A stretch of DNA of 63,749 nucleotides, filler included, from Pelomyxa schiedti (lineage: Eukaryota; Protista; Evosea): NCBI GenBank assembly GCA_020536535.1. It is 6 parts of 6 records of this genome, joined end to end, with 100 filler letters (N's around TTAATTAATTAA, not from the genome) between each part and the next. Parts side by side here need not be neighbours in the genome. Positions count along the whole stretch, not along the records: positions 1 to 31,388 come from JAHLWZ010000999.1; 5 more parts are not named here. One strand, given 5' to 3'. Position numbers and translations under genes: made by a program. Below the pieces are notes generated by a model. The model was not told where the DNA came from and did no database searches. It worked only from the letters and a program-made list of their open reading frames with translations. Below, piece by piece: positions 1 to 14,505 of the stretch (its first letter is position 1; every line of letters starts with the position of its first letter).

Positions 1-138
1 AATGATTGTGAATTTTCAGCTAAAAGTAACCTCGCGGTCTGGTATTGAAAAAATTTAGCCATTTGTCAACCCTTCAACATGGTCGGCAATCCGCTTTATC
101 TGTGTCGGGTTACTTTTAGCTGAAAATTCACAATCATT
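1..138. repeat. Perfect 31-bp inverted repeat (1-31 / 108-138), running to the window edge
   Basis: aatgattgtgaattttcagctaaaagtaacc at 1-31 is the exact reverse complement of 108-138. Confidence 0.9.
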
Positions 139-2951
139 ACCTGGAAGTCTGAAACATGATGAACCAAACTTCTGTAAATATCCATAGCACTGTTAGCCTC
201 TGATATCGGTTGGACAAGGGAAAATAGTTCCTTGTCTGAGGGGATCAGAGTTTCAAGGGAGGCCACAAATCTTGATTCTGGCCCATATTCAAGGGCAATG
301 ACCAAGTCTGCTAATCTGCTCACAAATGAATCGGTGTCAGGGGACTGTATGGGTGCTGTGGTGGCACCCGAGTTCCGCGCATCTTTTTCCATTTAGTTCA
401 ATTATAGTAAATCTCTCCATACTTGGTATTTCTTCTGATGATGAGAGTATATCTTCTCTGGTGCTGGAGAAGATATCAGGCCCTGAAATAATCTTGAAGC
501 ACGTAAAAACATCACAACCATTGGGATGTTTCTGCTGAAAATGAGTTTTTAACTATGTAAACGTAGCAACAACATCCGACTTCCTGATTTAAAAAAGCAT
601 CGACATCTCGGCTTGTTGAAAACCTATGCTCACTCAAAAAGGCAAATATCCCTATTGGTGATCAATCGTTTTCCTCTCAGATATAAAATTGTTACCAGGG
701 ATGTTCCTCTGTTTTTGTAGTCTGAAAAAGTGTAAACACGATTCAAGCAGTTTCTGTTCATTAGAGATGGAAGTCACCCGGCAGACAACTTTGGCCAAAA
801 CAGAGTTATATTGTTTAAAAATTGAGCATTGCTATTAACCCATGATGCTATCGGGATTCTCCGAGCAGCAATTGTTGCCGTCTTCAATACCATAGTAGAT
901 GAAGTCAAAGCTTTCATGTGGATCCCCACATCTTATTGTTCCCATATGGGTCTCTAAAAGTATGGCACCATTCAATGGTGCATCTTTATGGTATATCGCC
1001 AAAGAAAACTGCAAGTCTACAATTGAAAGTTGATTCCAGAAAAAGATGCTACTAATTTACTTGAGTCACAGTGGTAGCCTGTTTGTTCAAAGACATAAAA
1101 CTGGAGCGGGGACCAGAACTTGGCCAAGTCTAGAGCAACTCGTTTTTCAAATTCACCTTCAAAGATATTTTCCCTATGTCTACATGAAGAGTGAAGTACG
1201 GAGAGTGCCTGAGCAAAGGTGAGTGTGAATGGAATCACAATTCTATTGAGATAACAACTTACAGATGGGTGGTTGGCTATACTTTGGCACATAGCTGATA
1301 GGGCACAAGGGCAAGGATCAAGTACGATTAGTGTGCTTTGGTTTTCGCCATCAAATGAGACCTCAATTAAGCCAGTCTTATTCAACATCATTCCATAAGT
1401 GAAGACTGTATTAAAATCTGAAGATGTCAACAATGCATATGAAACTATTTTACACTACCTTGGGGGTTTGTTTTCTTGGATATTTTGTATACTAGCCCAT
1501 TTTCATTGCGGCATGTCATGTTCTGTGGGTGTGACAAGGTGATAGTAAACTCCTCGAGAAATGATTGTTTCATATTATCAATGCATTCATGGGTACGGTA
1601 CCTAAAGTAAAATTGAGGATTTGAATTCCATATCTTAGGTAACCACTGTTTCAAGATCTGACTGAAGGTAGCAGTCAGACATTCATGAGAGGTGCTCCCT
1701 CTGCTTGTTGACTGAAATACTCTTAAAAGCACAGTAAACAACAAACTTGGTTCAATATCACTTACTGGGACAAAAACTCTGAACAAATTGCAACTGGACC
1801 TCGTATAAAGCTGGCAACCTGGATTTTTTGAGTGGTACTTAGAGATGCCTACTTCCTACTTTCTCCAGGTTTTGATTGCTCCTCTTTAGTGGGCTTTCAT
1901 TTGGTATGTGCTTCTGTAAAATCGCGTAGGCTTCACTAAATGGGACACTAGATACCTAAGTATAATGTAATGGTATTTTTAGGAGAGATGCAGCATACAA
2001 GTTGTGAGGCATCAAAGGTTTTAAAGTGAGTTACAATCTCTGGGAGGAGTAGTTTATTGCATCCCGTAAACACTATAGTAATGCCCAACTTATTTAATAA
2101 AGCAATAAGTTCCTTTAGCACTTTGAATAGCTGTGTAACTTTGCCATATGCTTGCTTTTTATAGAAAGAGTTTAATAAAGAATAGGGAGAAAAGAGGGGT
2201 TAACTTCCATCATCTGGTCAATGTTTTCAAAATAGAGTGTCAAAGGTATGGTTTGGCCATCTTTTAGTCTGCTTTGTAAGTTTTCCTTGACTCTAGCGCT
2301 ATTCTCCATTTCAGTTTTGCTCATGGGAATCCCAATATTAAAGATAGATGTTGAGCTTTCAATTTGTCAAGATAAGCTAGTATTTACCCAAAAAAGTATA
2401 CATACTTCGCTAGTATGATTTTCCCAAGAATAAAAAGGATCCATTGCTCAAAATCCTCCTCTGGTGTTTTGAGGTATGAGTATTCACAGTTATGTAGATT
2501 TTAGTTACTTATTTTTACCCTGGATGACAGCTACCCCGTTGGCAAACGTCTGAGATAAAGAACAGCATAACCTATTGCTCTTCTTATGTATGAAGTCTAT
2601 TACAGTCCTCTTTCCGCAGCCTGAATTTAAAGGTATAGGCACAGTAAAAAGAAAGTCATGCAAACTACCTGGAGCCCCAAAGAGTGTAATAACATAGCCT
2701 GCCGTGCTTTGCGGGTTGTTCACCAGTTCTATTGTACGTGAGAGCACATCCGCCGGATATTCACGAAGCATCATGCTGGAAGTGGTGGAAGTAATGCTTG
2801 GAGATGTTTCGAGCGCGGCCTCGCGCTGAACATTGGAAGCGGAGACAGTATCGCCGGGAGTCGATAAGGCCGCGCCACTGGGTGCATCTGCTCCTATTCG
2901 TGCGCTTGTAAGTCTACGACGAGACCGAGGCCCACGTCCGGCTCGGCGCAT
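96..2951 (-). CDS. Multi-exon P-loop NTPase-domain protein (AAA+/STAND-like N-terminal half, uncharacterised C-terminal half)
   Basis: Removing the 48-nt GT-AG intron at 2668-2621 gives VITLFGAPGCGKRT (Walker A-like). A later exon gives TLYFENID (Walker B-like). Junctions checked near 2400, 2180 and 1040 keep the frame using GT..AG introns. The 3' end is uncertain. Confidence 0.6.
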
Positions 2952-4700
2952 GGTCACCGATGAACAGCCAATATTAAGAGGGAGTAAAAGACAAAGGAAA
3001 AAAAATTATTTAACCGATCCCTAGAGATTCGGTTAACTTAGAGATCCCGAAAATTTAGTTCGTTCTAGAACGAGCATGCGGAGCAAAAAGCGCCTAAGGT
3101 TTTTTATTAAAATGCCCCAGCGATGGCCCGGAACGGCCAATCACAGACGCAAGTGCTCGACCGGCGGTGACGTAGTGGTTGTGGTCTGAGCTGGCGGTCC
3201 AGCCCTCTAGTGGTGTCTTGGCTTACGAGTCCGCTTGTGGTTCCTGGGGATTGCCTCACTCCGAGTGAGGTTAGAATGACTTGGTGGTTCTAAAGCTATA
3301 CTGTTAGGCTCCTGGTTATCATATTGTCACTCTGGCCTTTGTATAGTGTTTAATGCAGGAAAAGCGCTGGTCTTCGTTTCAAACAACAAAAAAATCATTC
3401 TAATAAACAAAGCGTCAGCCGACGCTATGGCATTGGTGATTTATGGTGTGACAGTGTTGGTGATGCGCATTGCGGTGTTTGGTTGTTGACTTCTGTTCCG
3501 GTATTGTTCTCTTTGCTTTTTTTATTCTATGGTCACTTATTTATTGACTTTTTTCCCCTTACTTTGTATTAACAGTTTGTTTTTTAAATTTCGTTTTGTT
3601 ATGTAGTTGGATTTCTTTGTCTTTACCCTAACTTTGTCTTTATTTCGTTTAGTGTACTTAAGTTTTTGGCACAGCGGTACGTTTCCATTTGTGTTTTAAG
3701 TCTCCCTCACTCCAACATAGGGCCTCCATGCAGTGACTCAGTCCAACTTCAATGGACCAAGCCGGAACTACATGTATTTTCTCCGCTTTTTCTTAGTACC
3801 GGGCCCGGTACTCCATGCACTCATCTCCCCTTTGGGTAAGTAATGTTGAATAGGTGGTGGACTGGCCTGGCTGAGATGACAGCCTGTCACGAAAGTGGGG
3901 TAAGTCCCTCCTTTTTAATCATCACTCAAACATAATAGGTACCCCCAGACTGATAGGCAGGCCTGGGAGAATATGTGCAGCTCTGACCAACTCTCATGCA
4001 TGGTATGTGGCTCCTTTTTTTCTTTTTTCCAGTAATATATTAATCAGGTGGGACTGGCTGGCTTCGGAGCTGAGGTCTATCATCAAGGTAATTCCCTCTC
4101 CATTTTTATCATCACCCCACTCAACAATAACAAGTTAACAGATGCCAGGAGCTTCCCTTCATCCATTCCCCTATGCCCACACTACCTGAAGTCGAAAATT
4201 GACTTCAGGTGAAAAAAAAAAAATCATTTACTTCCAGAAAGTACTTGGGCTTTTTTTGTTTTAGCTCCACTCCAGGAGCCAGTGTTTTTTTTTTTTCGGA
4301 CTGCAACCCAGAGGAGAATGTAAGGTGGGAACAGGAAATGTTGGCTGATAAACCAAAACAGCTCTTTAGCACCACCCCTGATGCAATCCCTCACCATTCT
4401 TTTTTTTATTATGTTTGCCCTCCTTCTGGAAGCATCAAGCTTATGCTTGCTGCACTTTGTCTACATTGTGTGACACATTCTCTGGTTCTGTATCCAGGAT
4501 TGTGTGCCCCCTTTTCATTAAAACAAGCCCAGAGTTTAAAAAATTACTTGACCTTGATTTTTAGTTTCTTGTTTCCTTTGAAAAGATGTAACCTGACACA
4601 CAACTTTCACTGCAATCAGCAAGTTTAAGGAAAAATGGTATGTGAGGTTTACTTAGCACACATGGCTCAAAAGGTGGTGACTCATTTAAACACTGTAACA

Positions 4701-4832
4701 GACAATATATCAAAGCTTTCAGCCACACAAGAGTTATCATTATTGAATCTGGGGCACTGTGAATTTAAATTCATAATACCCCAATATCAGCAATGATAAC
4801 TCCTGTGTGGCTGAAAGCTTTGATATATTGTC
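4701..4832. repeat. 132-bp imperfect palindrome (66-bp arms, no spacer)
   Basis: Arms 4701-4766 and 4767-4832 are reverse complements with 9 mismatches; the outer 40 bp have only 1. Confidence 0.9.
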
Positions 4833-4847
4833 CATTGCATACAGTAC

Positions 4848-4981
4848 AAAATGTGAAGGGATAGTTGTTTGAATCTAGGTTTAGTACAGAGATAGCACTT
4901 TTGTACACACTCATCCAGAAGTGTACAAAAGCGCTATCTCTGTACTAAACCTAGATTCAAACAACTATCCCTTCACATTTT
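4848..4981. repeat. Hairpin with 61-bp arms and 12-nt loop
   Basis: 4848-4908 and 4921-4981 are reverse complements with one mismatch; loop actcatccagaa. Confidence 0.92.
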
Positions 4982-5206
4982 TGGTTGTACACATTAGTGC
5001 TGCTTCACAATAATGTACTAGAGAGGGTAAGTCAACATATAAAAAGGAAATTCTAAAAGAATAAGGTGTTGCTTGGTTACTGTGGGATAGGCAGACAAAT
5101 AGTGGATTGCCTCAAGTGCACAAGGGCAAGGATTATATACAATCAAGACATCTTCATTATCCCCATCAAAGGTAACATTTATCAGTCCTGATTTATTCAG
5201 CTTCAT
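4921..5206 (-). pseudogene. Decayed paralogue fragment of the P-loop NTPase gene
   Basis: MKLNKSGLINVTFDGDNEDVLIVYNPCPCAL aligns with MLNKTGLIEVSFDGENQSTLIVLDPCPCAL (ORF 1017-1433). Further on, after stops, KG*LFESRFSTEIAL resembles RENIFEGEFEKRVAL. Confidence 0.7.
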
Positions 5207-5410
5207 AACTCATGACTTCCTTGATGTAGAGAAAATATTTATTCTTTTGTTAATTATTCATCTTGGGATTTGGTGGGAAAAAGCGCTTGTTTGCTCAGCC
5301 AGGGATTCTGGGTCAAATCTAACGAATAGCTCGAATTCCTGGGGTAGCCCAAATTTCTAACCTCGGTTTTGTGCCACAAAAAGCAAGAAAAAAATAAAGA
5401 AAAGTTTTCG

Positions 5411-6325
5411 ATGGCGAGCCGGGTGATCAACGTCGTTGTGTACTCAGACATAATTTGACCTTGGTGTTACGTCGGGGAAGTTGTTACTTTTGGGCTCAGC
5501 TTTTGTGGTATGTAACTCGAAAATAGGCTCGCTTGAAAAAAGCAATTGAAGTTTTCAAGCTAGAGCGCCCTGATGTGGGCATTAACGTGGAATGGGCCAC
5601 TTTTTTATTGCAACCCTCAATTCCTTCTCCTTCTATTGATTGGAAATTGGCCTATGGGTACTTTTTTTTCCCTGAAGTTCTCACTATTCAACAATTATTT
5701 TGGAGGCTCTATGCTGGTTGGACAAGATATGAGCAACACCCTGCCTATAAACAAGATGGACTTCCATTTGCAAATTGGCCCTACGTTCCAAATACAGTAT
5801 CCAAATTGGAGTTTTTCTTTCACCTGACCTGCTACATTTATATATTAACAGGTAAATGCTCACCGTTTAATCTACCACCTCCCAAAAGAAAAGAAGAATA
5901 AAGCCGTTTCACTATTGTTCTTCAAAAACTATGAAGTGCGTCCCTGTTTTGCATCAATACACGCCTAAGTTATGATACAGACAGGTGAAAATATTGGTGA
6001 AATAGAGACTCTGGTTCGTGTTGCTTCAGAACTAGGTGAGGATCCTGCAGCAACAAGAAACTATCTGCAATCTTCAGCCGATCGCGATACCGTCATGCAA
6101 CTGGCCTCAAATGCAACATCCCGAGGTATCGCTCCCATTTCCTTTCCCATCACCATCCCAGAACATATATATATACCTTGGAATCATACAGCAATCCTAA
6201 CCACCTACCACCCAAAAGGTGTTGATGGGGTTCCCCATTTTGTAATTTCCTCCCGAACCACAGTTGAATTCTCCGGAGCGCAGAATCCACAGGCACTAGT
6301 GAGCTCCTTCTACAAGGTTCTGTGA
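5411..6325 (+). CDS. DsbA-like/FrnE-family thioredoxin-fold oxidoreductase, predicted selenoprotein (UxxC)
   Basis: ATG at 5411 gives MASRVINVVVYSDII-TGA(5456-58)-PWCYVGE. Introns 5480-5526, 5797-5851, 5936-5980, 6126-6218 (and possibly 5658-5705) give ARLKKAI...PNTVNAHRL...NYETGENIGEIETL...GVDGVPHFVI...FSGAQ, the FrnE hallmark motifs. Confidence 0.92.
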
Positions 6326-6371
6326 TTTTCCACCCCAAACACCACCAGCACACCCAATCAAAATCGCCGGT

Positions 6372-6450
6372 CCCATAACCCAGTGTGATGGGTGTTGGCT
6401 TCCAAGTCGCACCAGACAATCCAACATCCTGATGTTGTATGGGTTGTGGG
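6372..6450 (+). promoter_or_regulatory. Eukaryotic type II SECIS element in the 3' UTR
   Basis: Helix I 6372-6382/6440-6450 (11 bp); core GUGAU 6385-89 / UGAU 6430-33; helix II 6390-6401/6418-6429 (12 positions, one C-U mismatch); unpaired CCAA; mini-helix GUC/GAC with a 6-nt loop. Confidence 0.88.
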
Positions 6451-6607
6451 GCTGAGGCTGAGACTGGTGTTTGGTGATGGCAGGGGAGGAACTTCACCTC
6501 AATGTTAATTCAACACAGGGACATTTCTATCTACTTCAAATTTGAAGCGTTCGCCTGCCTAAAAGACAGGAACAAACTTCTCAATAAATTCGGGTACGTA
6601 GGGAGCG

Positions 6608-11741
<5,134 letters not shown>

Positions 11742-11821
11742 TTGACAACAAGAAATTTGGAAAAAAAAAACAAAGTTTGCTTATTTAATATTCATTATCA
11801 TTCACTGATTGATGGGTACCT

Positions 11822-12985
11822 CTACTCCTGGTGCTCAGAAGGAACAGGAGTTGTCATAGGTGCCTCGGTGGGAATAGTTGTGGCTGGGGTTGTTTCAGTA
11901 GTAGGAGGGAGAGTTGGAGGGGCAGTGGATGTGATTGGGGGTGGGGGTGTTGTTTCAGCGGTTGCTGTTGCTAGAGAGGTGACAACAGTTGCTTGGGCAG
12001 CGGGGTTCTGGGGACCCACGATTGCTGGGACTACAGTGTCAGTGACGAGGCTCACACCTTGGTTGAACCAACCCCAGAGAGCATTGATGCTAGTGGATGC
12101 GGCACCGCTGACTCGCTCGTGAACTTTGTACTGCTGGTCGAACTCTTTTACCTTGGTGAAGCTGGTGTTGGCCACAGACCCTACTTTCTCAGTGATGTGG
12201 TAGTTCTGGTTGATTTGGGATGCAGAGTTGGTAATAGTAGAGGCGGCGCCAGTAATAGTTTCTTGGATGTGATACTCCTTGTTCAAGTTTTTCACCTTAT
12301 CAAGAGCTGTGTGTTTGTTGTTGAATAAAAGTGAGAAAGAAGCAATTATATACCACTGTGAAGAACCACGGGTACGGCGCCAGTTGGTGCCGTTCCGGTA
12401 GCTTCTGGCTGAGGTTCAGTAGTAGCAGGTGCAGAAGCTGGTTCTGTGGTAGTAGCAGCAGTTTGTTCAGTTGTCATTGCCATTCCAGTGGGTGCTTTAC
12501 CAAGATAGCCAGCCAGTACCTTTTCGTAAAAGAAAAGAAGGAAATAGCGTGAACCTAGGTAAGTACACGGGAAAAGGGCTACATATTCCCTAATAACAAG
12601 TAGTACTTATCTTCTTCTTATTATAAAACATAAAAGGTATAATATAACAACACAACCAACTACTACAGCAAGTCCGGCAATGGCACACCTCAGCGCGCTG
12701 GGAGTACTGCGAGACTTTAGCGGAAATGAGCTGGGACCTCTGTGGGTCGGACTCGAACTCAAGCACCCTGGAGAGCAGCCCCGCAGCGCGCCGGTACGCG
12801 TCCACGGCCCCGGGGTAGTCGTGCGCCGTGTCGAGCTGGACGCCGAGGCCCGCCGCCTGCCCCGCGTCGCGGAGCAGCCCCTCGATCAGTTGTGGGTCGG
12901 GCACTGTGGGCGGCGCTGGCTGGGGCGCCGTCGCGGCTGTGGCCTCGACTGGGGGTGATGGTAGTGCAGGCTCGGTGGATGCCAT
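11822..12985 (-). CDS. MIT-domain protein with Thr/Pro-rich linkers and repeated K..Y.I.E modules
   Basis: AGQAAGLGVQLDTAHDYPGAVDAYRRAAGLLSRVLEFESDPQRSQLISAKVSQYSQRAE is MIT-like. The last exon has three repeats (KEYHIQET / QNYHITEK / QQYKVHER). Confidence 0.75.
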
Positions 12986-13156
12986 TGTTGTTGTTGTTGT
13001 TGTTTGTTGGGTTGTCACGGGGGATGAGCTTGTATGTTGGTTTTTCTTTTGTTTGTTGTCTGGTTTTTTTTTTTTTAATCTGTTTAGTGTTGTTTGCGAT
13101 TTCTGATTTTTGTTCTTCAATTTTGTTCTCTTCTCTGGGGTATTTTTAGCCTGGGG

Positions 13157-14290
13157 TTAACTGCTCGGTACGTCACTGTGGGCATTCCCCAAAAAATCAG
13201 ATCGTTCCCTCGTATTGGTAGTGACATTACGGCTCGATGCGGAGGGCAGAGGAACATATGACAAAGTTGGCTTCTTGCTCATCTGGTTGCTAGTTAAGAA
13301 AGGAGACGGGGTAGGAGTATAACAAACCAGCTGTGTGGAACCAATAGCACAAGAATGATACATTGTCTCCTTGGGTCTGGGGTTTCCCAATGAGGCGTAA
13401 TGCAGCGCCCTCTTCAATAGTATTGCACTCACCCTCCTCTTGTTCCTGAAAGTATTGGCAAAGGGTTTGTGGAAAGTGGTTACTTCACCCAATATTCTGT
13501 CTGTAAAGAGCTATCTGGGCATGAAGCATCTTGTATACAAAACTCACATTTTGGTGACAGTGAAGTTGGTTTACATCGCACTTGCGAAACTGAGGCTGTC
13601 GCGCGTGAGAAAAAGAAGTCACAAAGGTGGGGAGTCACCAAATAGCTCGACGACACATAAATCCGGAATACTAAAGATCGCCCTACCTAATATGTTCTCC
13701 ACATTCACAGTGAGTATCTTTCGATCTGTAAACTGAAAAGACTGCTTGGAGAATGTTGGAGTCGCAATAGGTGAAGGCTTGACTACTGAAACCGGAGTGG
13801 CAGAAAGGAATGGTTGTGGATAAGTAGGCATTTTGGCATATGGAAGGGTTGTAGCGGTGGTAGAAGTAAATTGAGGTATTGTGGGGAGGGTATCATGTAT
13901 ATTTAAAGGAAGTGCGGCAGGAGCCTTGACACCACTAAACTGATAATTATGCCTCGTTTGAATCGGCAGAAAATAAGACGGGGAGGGAGAAGGACTGCTA
14001 TTCTGCACAAAGAGCGGTTTTTGTGGCGCCGTCTTCTTGAGTAAGATATTATCGTAGCGAAACCGCTCCAAATTGCTGGTAATCTCAGGACGCGGCGCTA
14101 CAGGTGGAAGACGAGATGGCAGCGCACAGGTCATTACGCAGGCAGACGCATTGACACGCATAGGAGGTACCGGAATCATGGGGCGTAAGGCGTGTCCTCG
14201 TCCGCCTGGAGTACAGGGTCGCTTTGATTGCGGTGGTTGAATACAGTGAGTAAGGGAGTTCTCTTGCAAACGACTAGTGGCAGATCTCAT
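13157..14290 (-). CDS. Hypothetical multi-exon protein, Pro/Ser/Thr-rich
   Basis: 223-aa ORF followed by several short exons with GT-AG boundaries; no domain recognised and downstream phases are ambiguous. Confidence 0.45.
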
Positions 14291-14505
14291 CTCACAGTTT
14301 GGTGTTTATTTCAGAAACTAAGGTGTCACTGGAATGCCAAACGCAATATGTCAAAGTGTGACATATAATTTCCCTGCACGCCAAAATGTGACATGCCTAC
14401 CCCAGCACCACCTCCGTTCAAACGCATTCGAATAGTTTTCTTCGAATTTCCAAGATCTCTGAAATACCGAAACATCCAATTTGGCCGCCAGCAATAATCA
14501 ACACG

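Noticed and set aside
1010-2410. Apparent frameshifts and stops in the P-loop gene
   Set aside because: They are resolved by short GT-AG introns, including one with an AAG acceptor.
3180-3340. Possible structured RNA (cctcact/agtgagg hairpin)
   Set aside because: A single 7-bp stem with no family motif is insufficient evidence.
5456-5458. Genome-wide reassignment of TGA to Cys or Trp
   Set aside because: TGA terminates TBCD (11739-41), V-ATPase E (48217-19) and the DsbA gene itself, and Cys/Trp use normal codons elsewhere. The SECIS explains this one case.
13440-13500. Second possible in-frame TGA (NIG*SNHF) on the minus strand
   Set aside because: It falls in a plausible 43-nt GTGAAG...TTTCAG intron, has no redox motif context, and no SECIS was seen.
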